The notes: a model not told the origin generated them from the sequence alone. DNA of 30,697 bases from Verrucomicrobiota bacterium (GCA_016235585.1 JACRJY010000101.1:1-30697), one strand, 5' to 3'. Shown: positions 25,001-30,553, counted from the first letter of the stretch. Made by a program: numbers and translations.

Positions 25001-27226
25001 ACCGTGACGGTGACGCCGGTGAACGACGCGCCGACGCTGACGGCCCTCACCAGCGTGACCATCAACGAGGATGCGGGCGCGCAGGCCGTTCCGCTCGCGG
25101 GCATCGGCATGGGCACGGGCGACAGCGGCCAGACGCTGACCATCAGCGCCACTTCGAGCAATCCGAGTTTGATCCCGAACCCGGTGGTGGCTTACACCAG
25201 TCCCAACGCCACCGGCACCCTCACCTATACCCCGGCCACCAACGCCAGCGGCTCGGCGCGCATCACCGTCATCGTCAACGACGGCGCCGGCACGGCCAAC
25301 AACGGCGTGGCGACGGTGACGAACACCTTCATCGTGACGATTAATTCCGTGAACGACCGGCCCACGCTCAACGCCATCGCCAGCGTGACGCTGCTGGAGG
25401 ACGCCACGGCGCAGACCGTGAGCCTCGCCGGCATCAGCGCCGGTGGCGACGAGACGGGCCAGACGATCACGGTCACGGCCAGTTCGAGCAGCACGGGCGT
25501 GATTCCGACCCCGGTGGTGACTTACAGCAGCGGCGACAGTTTCGGCAGCCTCGCCTACACGCCCGTCGCCAACGCCAGCGGCGCGGCGACCATCACGGTG
25601 GTCGTCAGCGACACCGGCGGCACGGCCAGCGGCGGCGTGGCGGCGGTCACCAACACCTTCCTCGTCACCGTCACTTCGGTGAACGACGCGCCGACCCTCA
25701 CGGCGGTGGCCAACGTGCTCCTCGCCGAGGACGCGGGCGCGCAGACGGTGAGCCTCGCCGGCATCGGCGCGGGCGGCGGCGAGAGCCAGACGCTGACGGT
25801 CACGGCGAGCAGCAGCAACACCGCGCTCATCCCGACGCCGGCCGTGACCTACACGAGCGGCAACGCCACCGGCAGCCTGGCCTACACGCCCGCCGCCAAC
25901 GCCAGCGGCGTCTCGACCATCACGGTGACGGTCAGCGACAACGGCGGCACGGCCAGCGGCGGCGTGGACACGGTGGTGAAAACCTTCGTGATCGTGGTGA
26001 CGGCGGTGAACGACGCGCCGACACTCACGGCGCTCACCAGCCTGACGATCCTCGAAGACGCGGGCGTGCAGACCGTCAGCCTCGCCGGCATCACCAGCGG
26101 CCCGGTCAGCGAGAGCGGCCAGTCGCTGACGGTGACGGCGACGAGCAGTGACACTTCCATCATTCCGACGCCGTCCGCGGGCTACAGCAGCCCCGCGGCG
26201 ACCGGCAGCATCAGCTTCACCCCGGCGGCCAACGCCAGCGGCACCGTGATGATCCGCGTCATCGTGCAGGACGATGGCGGCACCGCCGGCGGCGGCGTGG
26301 ACAGCGTGACCAACAGCTTCACCGTCACCGTGACGCCGGTGAACGACGCGCCGACGCTGGCGGCCATCGGCGGCCTCAACCTGCCGGAGACCACCGCGCC
26401 GCAGACGGTGAATTTGAGCGGCATCGCCGCCGGCCCGGCCAATGAAAGCGGCCAGACGCTGACGTTCACCGCGACCTCCAGCAGCACGGCGTTGATTCCG
26501 AACCCGACGGTGAATTACACCAGCGGCGCGACCGGCGCGCTGGTCTTCACCCCCGCCAGCGGCGCGAACGGCACCGTGACCATCACCGTGGTGCTCGCCG
26601 ACAACGGCGGCACCGCCAGCAGCGGGCGCGACCGCGTGACGAACAGCTTCACCGTGACGCTCTCCGCCGTGAACAACGCGCCCACCCTGTCCGCCATCAG
26701 CAACCAGACCGCGCTGGAGGGCACCGTGCCGGCGGCCGTCAGCTTGAGCGGCATCAGCGCCGGCCCGGCGGATGAGAGCGGCCAGGTCGTGACCATCGCG
26801 GCCACGTCCGGCAACCCCGGCCTGATCCAGAACTTGAGCGTGAGCTACGCGCCGGGCAGCACGACCGGCAGCCTGACCTACACGCCCGTGGCCGGCGCCA
26901 GCGGCACCGTGGCCGTCACCGTCGTCACCGCCGACAACGGCGGCACGGCCAGCGGCGGCGTGGACGCGGTGACGAACACCTTCGCCGTGCGGATCATCTC
27001 GCTGGCGGATCGCACGCTGGCGGTTCAGCGGGCGGCCAGCGCCACCGTCGTGAACTGGTCCACCAACGCGCTGGACTTCCAGTTGCAGTCCAGCACCAAC
27101 CTGGCCACAACCGCGTGGAGCACCGTGGGCACCGCGCCCACCGTTGTCAGCGGGCGCAACTACGTCACCAACAGCCCGGCCGGCGGCAGCCGCTTCTACC
27201 GGCTGATCCGTCCTGACGACCGGTAG
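12989..27226 (+). CDS. Giant (4,745 aa) secreted, Ca-binding cadherin-like/Big-repeat surface protein with two Asp-box (BNR) beta-propellers and two additional propeller-like inserts; putative adhesin
   Basis: Single uninterrupted frame, TAG at 27224-27226. ATG at 12989 begins a Sec signal peptide MNTALCLPSLSLSSLLRAAAVLALALWLPASSWA|D. The track start at 12944 adds an AT-rich 15-aa extension, probably leader. About 30 repeats of about 100-110 aa of the form ..L.INED.GAQ.V.L.GI..GP.NESGQ.LT.TA.SS.T.LIP.P.V.Y.S...TG.L.FTP.ANA.G..TI.V.V.DDGGTA.GGVD.V.N.F.V.V.AVNDAPTL. Each ends in a D-x-N-D-A-P-like cadherin-type linker. Extreme Thr/Ser/Gly/Ala/Val/Asn/Asp bias, virtually no Cys or Lys. Confidence 0.9.
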   Translation: MNTALCLPSLSLSSLLRAAAVLALALWLPASSWADSPVFDAKATASSSGAQTSLTFSHTTGTGAKRVLLVGVAYRPANSADVVSSVTYAGTAMNLLVAKTNSTADEITYLYYQFAPAAGANNVIVTASASAAIIAGSMSFTNVGQSVTAAFGSSTNSAASVGTVASGSLAIATAVGDVVLVVEGGNTGGNSTASTLAFGTGSQQWNSSVLISGSSKSINSGGATNLATGTSTSVTWTLSTVNSAWAAVGVAVKAAPASPVLAAIEGTDLSYTENATTAITSTLTVSDTDSANMSGATVQITSGFATAEDVLAATVGATGISASYNATTGILSLTNSSSKANYETVLRSVTYANTSNAPSTTTRTAAFTVYDDVGQPSNTQARNITITSVNDAPTFTINGLSAGSGTAGETWVARDSSRSWRSVASSSDGTKLAAVVLSGNIYTSTDSGANWTAQTGSGTRSWGFVASSSDGTKLVATASSDQIYTSTDSGVSWTARDSSRSWSCVASSADGTKLVATVFGGNIYTSTDSGANWTAQTGAGTRNWQSVASSSDGTKLVAVVAGGGDTIYTSTDSGANWTAQTGAGNRDWNTVTSSADGTKLVAGVYSGHLFTSTDSGVNWTDRSGPGNRSWNGLASSADGTVLVAASGTLLYVSTDSGVNWTARDSSRSWFGAASSSDGSKLVAVATGGQIYTSVGGIFYFLPINEDAGAQALSLTSISAGGGESQTLVFSATSSDTSMVPTPTFTYTSANTTGTLHFTPAGNSNGTVTLTVVLQDTGGTANGGVDKTTNSFKVNITAVNDAPSFSAGSSLTVNEDSGAYSAAWATAISTGPSDESGQTVSFTVTNNNAGLFSSAPAVNSTGGLTFTPTGNSNGVATVGVVITDNGGTANGGTNGSAVQTFTITVEAVNDEPNFSSGGNVAVNEDSGGYSAAWATTITKGADNESGQTVNFTIDSNSNTGLFAAGPAVAADGTLTFTPAANTSGSASITVTIHDNGGTLLGGDDTGNTVGFTITVNAVNDAPTLTAIGGITILEDATATTVNLAGIAAGGASDENGQTFTVTATSNNTGLVPDPTVNYTGGSTASTGSLSVTPVGNANGTATITVTVQDSGGTANSGVDTFSRTFTVVVSAVNDAPAFAVNGLSAGGAAGASWTARDSSRNWSAVASSSDGTKLVATVNGGELYTSTDSGASWTARLTLTNRNWSAVASSADGTKLVAAVNGGQLYTSTDSGVSWTLRGSVGLWTSVASSSDGTKLVAVEYYTGESFGRVFTSADSGANWTQQAGAGLNYWQSVASSADGTKLVAAEDGGQLYTSTDSGVNWTARDNNRDWRSVASSADGTKLVAVVTSGQIYTSPESGVSWTAQESSRTWRAVASSADGTKLVAGVNNGQLYTSTDSGVNWTARETTRLWKAVASSADGTKLVAVVESGQIYTSALALDSLTVNEDAGAQSLSLSSISSGPADESAQTLSFTATSSDTSIVPTPTFTYTSANTTGTLHFTPAGNANGTVTIAVVLSDDGGTANGGVNKATNSFQVSITAVNDEPSFTSGGNVAVNEDSGAYSASWATAISKGPADESGQTVNFTIDSNNNTGLFAAGPAVAADGTLTFTPVANSNGVATVTVTIHDDGGTANSGDDTGNTVSFTITINAVNDEPSFASGGNVVVNEDSGAYSASWATAISKGPPNESGQAVNFTIDSNNNTGLFASGPSVAADGTLTFTPAGNSNGVATVTVTIHDDGGTANSGDDTGNTVSFTITVNAVNDVPTLTAIADLTINGTGNQNVSLAGITSGPANESGQSLTVTATSGDTGVVTINTVTYTSPNATGTLVLTPVASGTATVTVTVQDNGGTANSGVDTLSRTFQVEVASGNEPPSMNPLNNQTILEDTATVTVSLANITFGPGSEAGQIVTNITAASSDTALIPTPTVSYNAGDTTGSITYVPAANGNGTVTITITLQDDGGTASSGVDTTNYTFTVTITPVNDVPTLAAIGSVTVLEDSGAQSVTLTGISEGPANETAQTLTFTATSSSTGLIPNPSVTFTEGDTTATLNFTPAANASGTVTITVKMQDSGGTASSGVDAVTNTFTVAVTAVNDVPTLAAIGNLTVAQDAPAQTVSLTGIGMGSGDSGQTLTVTATSSNTGVIPNPTVTYSSANSTGSISFTPVAATDGLVTISVKVQDDGGTANGGVNAVTNTFTVQVEINDAPTLDPLAGLTINEDSGSQSVSLAGITTGGENQMLTVTATSSDTSVISTLTVSYGSPNTTGTVNFTPATNATGTVTISVKVQDSGGTGSGGVNAVTNTFTVVINPINDAPTLTAVTSVTINEDAAAQTISLAGIATGPANESAQSITSFTATSSNTGLIPTVTVNYTTGTTGTLGYTPTANSNGVATITVTLVDDGGTASSGVDTLVRTFTVTVNAVNDAPTLTLGGTSAGSEVLYGAGRSSDLLILNPTNGLVTSQVGSLDEYRVTGLAVHPTTGVLYGILSSDGRVLVTINTNTGAVTVIGGGGGTITDITFAPDGTLYGWRKVATAFIATSDELVTIDLTTGVATAVGSSGLAFTASGGGLAADAAGNLFLTPNRDNGSLYAVDKTTGVATLLTALDGTLNRPIAALAFNASGTLFGVTAGTDSSGNRHLITISTNTGAVTVLGLSDDTGLDAIVFASGAAVVTPFSSPLTINEDAGAQTVSLSGITAGLPANESGQTLTVTATSSSTALIPNPTVTYASANATGSISFTPVTNAHGTVTISVKVQDSGGTSNGGVDAVTNTFTVIVNSVNDAPTLTVNGLTAAVAQTLYGVNNAFGEGSTVVYQIDPVTGVASGLQPITLIGFTIDRAIALAAQPGSGTLFAVVQTSSSSSSRRLVTINPATGVATDIGALGGKSFAALAFRANGTLYGATGNNGSNPETLYQISTVNAALTLVMAFTPAADGESIAFAPDGYLYRSSGNSTATLFRVDVDAQTEVTLGTASGEMFAIGYDTAGDRMLGSDISDNLFSISLVDGSRTFIANLTGFDGDNRGIAFAGGLPALAINEDASLQNVFLTGIGAGAANETQTLTVTATSSDTGIIPTPAVTYVSARTTGRIAFTPAGNSNGVVTLSVIVTDSGGTANGGVDSVTNSFVVTVTAVNDAPTLDALANATLFEEAAAQTVNLSGITVGGADAGQTLSVSATSSDTGVIAITSVTYSDPATTGSLVYTPLTNANGTVTISVVVSDDGGTASGGVNAVTNTFRVALEAVNDAPTLDPLASANVTINEDAAAQTFTLTGITVGPANEVGQVLNVFASSSDPFLVPNPVVTYVSPRSTGSLAYAPLPNANGTATITVIVTDGGGTANGGINSFTNTFTVVVTAVNDAPTLGTLASVTIDENAGAQTVSFAGITAGANNETQALTVTASSSNPGLIPAPVVTYASPGFSGSLAYTPVAGSNGVATISVIVTDDGGTTGGGVDTVTKTFLVTVSPVNNRPTLDALAGLTLAEDATVQTVNLAGIGSGAANESQALTVTAVSSDTSLIPNPAVTYTSPGATGSISFTPVANANGTVTITVTVTDDATAGGAARSTNHSFTVVINATNDAPTLTAIADPAAILEDAGAQTVNLAGIGSGAANESQTLTVTVASSDTGLIPNPTVTYNSANTTGSLAYTPAANISGTALITVTVTDDATAGGAALSTNRTFTVTVTAVNDAPTLDAIASVTVKDTAGSQTVNLTGIGTGMSDESGQTITVTASSSNPAVIPNPTVTYGVSAAPGNPTTGTLTYTPTASVTGTATISVVVTDNGGTANGGVAAVTNTFSIVVTTANVPPTLAAIGNITISEDSGAQTVSLTGISIGLGDSGQTLTVSASSGNPALIPNPTVTYTSPNASGSLAFTPAANATGSALITVIVTDSGGTANGGVNAVTNTFTVTVSPANDSPTLNAISSVTVLEDASATTVNLAGIGAGTGESQSLTVTATSSNTGLIPNPSTIYVSPGATGSISFSPVANATGTATITVTVTDDASAGGIALSTSRTLTVTVTPVNDAPTLTALTSVTINEDAGAQAVPLAGIGMGTGDSGQTLTISATSSNPSLIPNPVVAYTSPNATGTLTYTPATNASGSARITVIVNDGAGTANNGVATVTNTFIVTINSVNDRPTLNAIASVTLLEDATAQTVSLAGISAGGDETGQTITVTASSSSTGVIPTPVVTYSSGDSFGSLAYTPVANASGAATITVVVSDTGGTASGGVAAVTNTFLVTVTSVNDAPTLTAVANVLLAEDAGAQTVSLAGIGAGGGESQTLTVTASSSNTALIPTPAVTYTSGNATGSLAYTPAANASGVSTITVTVSDNGGTASGGVDTVVKTFVIVVTAVNDAPTLTALTSLTILEDAGVQTVSLAGITSGPVSESGQSLTVTATSSDTSIIPTPSAGYSSPAATGSISFTPAANASGTVMIRVIVQDDGGTAGGGVDSVTNSFTVTVTPVNDAPTLAAIGGLNLPETTAPQTVNLSGIAAGPANESGQTLTFTATSSSTALIPNPTVNYTSGATGALVFTPASGANGTVTITVVLADNGGTASSGRDRVTNSFTVTLSAVNNAPTLSAISNQTALEGTVPAAVSLSGISAGPADESGQVVTIAATSGNPGLIQNLSVSYAPGSTTGSLTYTPVAGASGTVAVTVVTADNGGTASGGVDAVTNTFAVRIISLADRTLAVQRAASATVVNWSTNALDFQLQSSTNLATTAWSTVGTAPTVVSGRNYVTNSPAGGSRFYRLIRPDDR
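14180..15075 (+). other. Asp-box (BNR) beta-propeller domain 1 of the giant protein (about 11 blades of about 27-40 aa)
   Basis: Repeating W.SVASSSDGTKLVAVV.GG.IYTSTDSGANWTAQTG.G.R units. S-x-D-x-G-x-x-W is the Asp-box/BNR motif. Preceded by ...SVNDAPTFTINGLSAGSGTAGETW. Confidence 0.7.
16400..17290 (+). other. Asp-box (BNR) beta-propeller domain 2 (paralog of domain 1)
   Basis: Same repeat type (SVASSADGTKLVA....GQLYTSTDSGVNWTAR...R.W). Contains near-identical 120/240-nt DNA repeats, e.g. cgtggcgagttcggcggacggcaccaagctcgtggc at 16866, 16986 and 17106, plus a variant copy at 17226. Confidence 0.7.
17612..18271 (+). repeat. Near-identical tandem direct repeat, 2 x 330 nt (two adjacent 110-aa protein repeats)
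   Basis: Copy 1 at 17612-17941 and copy 2 at 17942-18271 share long identical runs (e.g. gtgacggtgacgatccacgacgacggcggcacggccaacagcggggatgacacgggcaacacggtgagcttcac in both). Encoded peptides: SGGNVAVNEDSGAYSASWATAISKGPADESGQTVNFTIDSNNNTGLF... versus SGGNVVVNEDSGAYSASWATAISKGPPNESGQAVNFTIDSNNNTGLF... Confidence 0.85.
20265..21000 (+). other. Inserted propeller-like module P1 of the giant protein (about 245 aa, unknown family)
   Basis: LGGTSAGSEVLYGAGRSSDLLILNPTNGLVTSQVGSL...LYGILSSDGRVLVTINTNTGAVTVIGGGGG.ITDITFAPDGTLYGW...LVTIDLTTGVATAVGSSGL...LYAVDKTTGVATLLTAL....LAFNASGTLFGV....LITISTNTGAVTVLGL. Recurrent (L/I)x(T/V)I(D/N)xxTG(A/V)xTx(I/L)G strands and DGTLYG/SGTLFG turns, not Asp-box. Confidence 0.5.
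21340..22055 (+). other. Inserted propeller-like module P2 (paralog of P1)
   Basis: LYGVNNAFGEGSTVVYQIDPVTGVASGLQPI...GTLFAVVQTSSSSSSRRLVTINPATGVATDIGALGG..FAALAFRANGTLYGAT...LYQISTVNAALTLVMAF...IAFAPDGYLYRS...LFRVDVDAQTEVTLGT. Same motif grammar as P1. Each P module is followed by one Big-type repeat. Confidence 0.5.
26993..27223 (+). other. Distinct C-terminal domain of the giant protein (about 77 aa), possible sorting/anchoring or fold-capping domain
   Basis: IISLADRTLAVQRAASATVVNWSTNALDFQLQSSTNLATTAWSTVGTAPTVVSGRNYVTNSPAGGSRFYRLIRPDDR. No repeat linker, aromatic W/F/Y positions at beta-strand spacing, ends ...RFYRLIRP. No hydrophobic anchor, no LPXTG, no PEP motif, no RTX nonapeptides. 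Confidence 0.5.
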
Positions 27227-27250
27227 CAGGTGATATTTTGTCTGGCGCTG

Positions 27251-27293
27251 AAGGCCACGGCGGTTGCGACCGCCGTGGCCTTGCAGTTTTTTT
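27251..27293 (+). terminator. Strong rho-independent terminator of the giant gene
   Basis: aaggccacggcgg (27251-27263), ttgcga loop, ccgccgtggcctt (27270-27282): a perfect 13-bp GC-rich stem, then gcag and TTTTTTT (27287-27293), 25 nt after the TAG. Confidence 0.85.
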
Positions 27294-27409
27294 GAACGCC
27301 GGCGAAACGGAAGCCCGCGAACCAACGCAAACACACGAAAGGGGAGGCCGGGATTTAACGGATTGCAACGCCCGCCCGCCTCCGTAACATCCAGCGGTCA
27401 AAGAATACA

Positions 27410-28375
27410 ATGCGACCGTTTGCCACCATCGCGGGCAACACCTTCATGGAGCTGGTGCGCCAGCCGGTGTTTCTGCTGCTCATGAGCAGCTCCGCCGCGT
27501 TCGGCGTCTTCCTCGCCGACGTGCCGTATTTCGGTTTCGGCGACGATCCCAAAATGGTGAAAGACAGCGTGCTCGCAGTGATGCTGCTCTCCGGTCTGTT
27601 CGGCGCGGTCTTGAGCGCGTCGTCGTCCGTGGCGCGGGAAATCCGCTCCGGCACGGCGCTCGCGGTGCTGGCCAAGCCCGTCGGGCGCGCACAGTTTCTT
27701 CTCGCCAAATACCTCGGCCTCGCCGGCGCGCTCACGGTGCTCACCTACGTGAACCTCCTCGCCGCGCTGCTCGCCAGCCGCATGGCTTACGACGCCTACG
27801 GCGATCCCGATTTGCTCGGCACGGGAATTTTTTTCGGCGCGCTGGTGCTGGCCTACGCGCTGGCGGGGCTGTCGAATTATTTCCTGCGCCGCCCGTTTGT
27901 CGCCGACGCGGTGCTGCTCGTGGTCGTGATGGCGACGCTCGCGTTCATCGTGATCAACTTCGTGAGCAAGGAGGGCAAGGTGCAGCCGTTCGCCGCCGGC
28001 GTGGACTGGCGGCTCGTGCCGGCGGCGGTGTTGATTTTGTTCGCGCTGTTCCTGATCGCCGGCTTGGCGCTCGCGTGCTCCACACGCCTTGAGGTGATTC
28101 CCACGCTCGCCATCTGCTCGGCACTTTTTTTGCTGGGTTTGATGTCCGACTACCTGTTTGGGCGGCCCGCCGAGGCCGGACATTGGTGGGGCAAGGCGCT
28201 CTACAGCGTGCTGCCGAACTGGCAATTATTTTGGATCGCCGACGCGCTCGAGGGCACGAAGCCCGTCGCCGGCATCTGGGGCTACGTGGCGGAGGCGCTC
28301 GGCTACGTCGCCGGGTATCTCGGCGCGACGCTGGCGGTGGCGCTGCTGCTGTTTGAGGATCGGGAATTGAACTGA
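27410..28375 (+). CDS. ABC-2 type transporter permease (NosY/GldF-like), no cognate ATPase gene in the window
   Basis: MRPFATIAGNTFMELVRQPVFLLLM... six TM segments and the ABC-2 permease cytoplasmic-loop motif VAREIRSGTALAVLAKPVGRAQFLLAKY (E-x-GT-x-E/L type). Its stop TGA (28373-28375) overlaps the ATG of the next gene (TGATG). Confidence 0.7.
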   Translation: MRPFATIAGNTFMELVRQPVFLLLMSSSAAFGVFLADVPYFGFGDDPKMVKDSVLAVMLLSGLFGAVLSASSSVAREIRSGTALAVLAKPVGRAQFLLAKYLGLAGALTVLTYVNLLAALLASRMAYDAYGDPDLLGTGIFFGALVLAYALAGLSNYFLRRPFVADAVLLVVVMATLAFIVINFVSKEGKVQPFAAGVDWRLVPAAVLILFALFLIAGLALACSTRLEVIPTLAICSALFLLGLMSDYLFGRPAEAGHWWGKALYSVLPNWQLFWIADALEGTKPVAGIWGYVAEALGYVAGYLGATLAVALLLFEDRELN

Positions 28376-30252
28376 TGGAACGGAACCTTCAACGGAACGG
28401 ACTCGTGAACCTGCTGGCGCTGCTGGCGGTCACGGTCGCTGCTGTCTTCGTGGCGAAACTCGCGCGCTCGCTCACCGGCGAAGTGAACGTCGTCTTCCTC
28501 GGTTTGGGTGCGCTGGTGGCGGCGTTCAGTTGGTTCCAGATGCGCCTGGAGGCCCGTGAACAGCTGGAAAAACTCGACTTCGACGAGCTGGCGAAAAGCA
28601 AATCCGGCTCCGCGCTGTTCACGTCGGGCGAGGCCGACCTCCAGCCCGCGCGGCGTGCGCGCGAGCAGTTCGAGCGCTGGTTCGCGGCGGGCTTCGCCGT
28701 GGTGCTTTTCGCGCTCGAAGCCGGCGCGGCGTATTGGTTTGGCAAACGCCTCCTCGGCCCGACCGCCGACACCGCTGGAAAATCCACCATCGCGCTGGCG
28801 CTGTTCGGCTTGTTCGCGCTTGTGCTCTTTCTCCTCGGCAAATACTCCGCCGGCATCGCGCGGCTGGAAGGCCGGCGGCTGCTCCGGCCCGGCGCTAGTT
28901 TTCTGCTGCTCGGCGCGTATCTGAACTTCCTCGCGGCGGCCTGTGTGGCGGCGGATGAGTTCGGCTATCCGAAGCTCGACTTGTTTGTGGCCCGCGCGTT
29001 GTGCGTGATTCTCACGCTCGCGGCAGTGGAAACCCTCCTCGGCCTGCTGTTGGAAATCTACCGTCCGCGCGTGAAAGGCCAGTCTGCGCGGCTGCTCTAC
29101 GAGAGCCGCCTGCTCGGCCTGCTCGCCGCGCCCGAGGGAATTTTCACCACGGCGGCGCATGCGCTCGATTACCAGTTCGGCTTCCGCGTTTCGGAGACGT
29201 GGTTCTACCGCTTCCTCGAACGCGCGCTCGCCGGGCTGCTGCTGCTCCAGCTCGGCGTGCTGCTGCTCTCGACGTGCGTGGTGTTCATCGAGCCGGGCGA
29301 GCAGGCCATTCTTGAACGCTGCGGCGCACCGGTCGCGGGCCGCGCGGTGCTGGAGCCGGGGCTGCATTTCAAACTGCCGTGGCCGGTGGACCGCGCGCAT
29401 CGCTACAAGACGCGGGAGATTCAGCGTTTTGAAATTGGCTTCATCCCCGGCAACGACGAGCACGGCCACGATGAACAGGAAAAAACTTTGCTCTGGGCCG
29501 TCAGCCATGACCAGCAGGAGTTCAATCTGCTCGTCGCCAGCCGCGAGGAGAGCGCAGCATTCGGCAGCGACCAGAAAACCGTGCCCGCCAACCTCCTCGT
29601 GGTCGGCATCCCCGTGCAGTATCAGATTGACGACCTGCGCGCGTGGGCCGTCGGACACGCGAACCCCGCGCGGCTGCTGGCGGACATCGCCGCGCGCGCC
29701 GTCGCCCGTCATCTCGTGAGCGTGGACATCAATGAAATCATGTCCGTGGGCCGCAGCACCGCCGCCGTCGCATTGCGGAAGGAAATTCAGGCGCGCGCCG
29801 ACGAACGGCAGCTTGGCGTGAAAATTCTTTTCCTCGGTTTGCAGGACATTCATCCGCCCGTCGCCGTGGCGGGCGCGTATCAGGAGGTCGTCGGTGCGTT
29901 GCAGGACAAGGAGGCGAAGATTCAGGAGGCCGAGGGCTACCGCGCCAAGACGCTCGCGCTCGCCGAGGCCGACGCGCTGAAAATCCAGAGCCAGGCTGCC
30001 GCGTTTCAAATCACCCGCACCACGTCCGCCGCCGCGAGGGCCGCGCGGTTCACGAATGAAATCACGGCCTTCGCCGCCGCGCCGGAGGTTTATCCGCAAC
30101 GGCTTTATTTCCAGACGCTCAACCGCGCCGCCGCCGGCACGCGCAAGTTTCTCCTGCTCGCCACGAACACGCACGACGTGCTGCAGCTCGACCTTCAGGA
30201 GAAGGTGCGAAGGGACTTGCTCGACGTGCAGATTCCACCCGTGAAGAAATGA
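28375..30252 (+). CDS. SPFH/Band-7 (HflK/HflC-like) protein with an unusual N-terminal polytopic membrane domain of about 300 aa (about 7 TM)
   Basis: The N-terminal 300 aa hold about 7 hydrophobic helices (LVNLLALLAVTVAAVFVA, VVFLGLGALVAAFSWF, AAGFAVVLFALEAGAAYWF, TIALALFGLFALVLFLLG, FLLLGAYLNFLAAACVAA, ALCVILTLAAVETLLGLLL, LAGLLLLQLGVLLLSTCVVFI). Then the SPFH core: IEPGEQAILERCGAPVAGRAVLEPGLHFKLPWPVD...VVGIPVQYQIDD....LVSVDINEIMSVGR...LGVKILFLGLQDIHPPVAVAGAYQEVVGALQDKEAKIQEAEGYRAKTLALAEADA (HflK/C signature: EPGLHFK.P, +D+.PP..V..A...V..A.Q.KE..I.EAE.Y). Confidence 0.75.
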   Translation: MERNLQRNGLVNLLALLAVTVAAVFVAKLARSLTGEVNVVFLGLGALVAAFSWFQMRLEAREQLEKLDFDELAKSKSGSALFTSGEADLQPARRAREQFERWFAAGFAVVLFALEAGAAYWFGKRLLGPTADTAGKSTIALALFGLFALVLFLLGKYSAGIARLEGRRLLRPGASFLLLGAYLNFLAAACVAADEFGYPKLDLFVARALCVILTLAAVETLLGLLLEIYRPRVKGQSARLLYESRLLGLLAAPEGIFTTAAHALDYQFGFRVSETWFYRFLERALAGLLLLQLGVLLLSTCVVFIEPGEQAILERCGAPVAGRAVLEPGLHFKLPWPVDRAHRYKTREIQRFEIGFIPGNDEHGHDEQEKTLLWAVSHDQQEFNLLVASREESAAFGSDQKTVPANLLVVGIPVQYQIDDLRAWAVGHANPARLLADIAARAVARHLVSVDINEIMSVGRSTAAVALRKEIQARADERQLGVKILFLGLQDIHPPVAVAGAYQEVVGALQDKEAKIQEAEGYRAKTLALAEADALKIQSQAAAFQITRTTSAAARAARFTNEITAFAAAPEVYPQRLYFQTLNRAAAGTRKFLLLATNTHDVLQLDLQEKVRRDLLDVQIPPVKK

Positions 30253-30553
30253 AATCCGGCCACAACATAAAATCATGCCTGGCCAGCCGCCATTTGCTTG
30301 AGGCGGACATTATCTCCATGAATCGTTCGTGCTCCGAAAGGTCTTGGACTGCGCCAGTCCTCTGGCGCTTTTGGGTGTCACGCGATGCACGACAGCGGCA
30401 GAGGACTGCCGCACTCCAAGACGCTGGCGCGCGCTCGGCACCCCTCACCCGGCCAGAGGCCACCCTCTCCCCTCATCGGATGAGGGAAACAGGCAGGGTG
30501 AGGGGAGTTTTCCCGCGCGCGGCTGCCGGCCTTGAAACTCATTTGAAACTCGT

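Noticed and set aside
12989-27226. CRISPR array or RTX/type I secretion substrate interpretation of the repeat region
   Set aside because: The repeats are 300-330-nt in-frame coding units, not 28-37-nt direct repeats with unique spacers, and no cas genes are present. The protein has an N-terminal Sec signal and no GGxGxDxUx nonapeptides, and no ABC/MFP/TolC trio is adjacent.
12989-27226. High density of N-x-S/T sequons (e.g. the recurrent TPAANASG/TPVANATG position in each repeat) as evidence of N-glycosylation
   Set aside because: The Asn sits at a conserved beta-turn position of the repeat (N-[AS]-[NST]-G) and often lacks the acidic -2 residue required by known bacterial oligosaccharyltransferases. 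No pgl-like genes are nearby. It is most simply a structural motif.
13424-27334. Very long minus-strand ORFs inside the giant gene (13424..14812, 16811..18193, 19646..20410, 21839..23662, 24704..27334 and many of 60-175 aa)
   Set aside because: They lie antisense to (ACC/GGC/GTG)-rich repetitive coding sequence where stop codons are rare. Their products are poly-Arg/Gly/His/Asp low-complexity strings that repeat with the sense-strand period. The sense frame alone shows a signal peptide and coherent domain grammar.
28303-30276. Minus-strand ORF of 657 aa antisense to the SPFH fusion gene; also 27398..28225 antisense to the ABC-2 permease
   Set aside because: Arg/Glu/Gly-rich, no TM or domain pattern. 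The sense-strand genes have clear SPFH and ABC-2 motifs.
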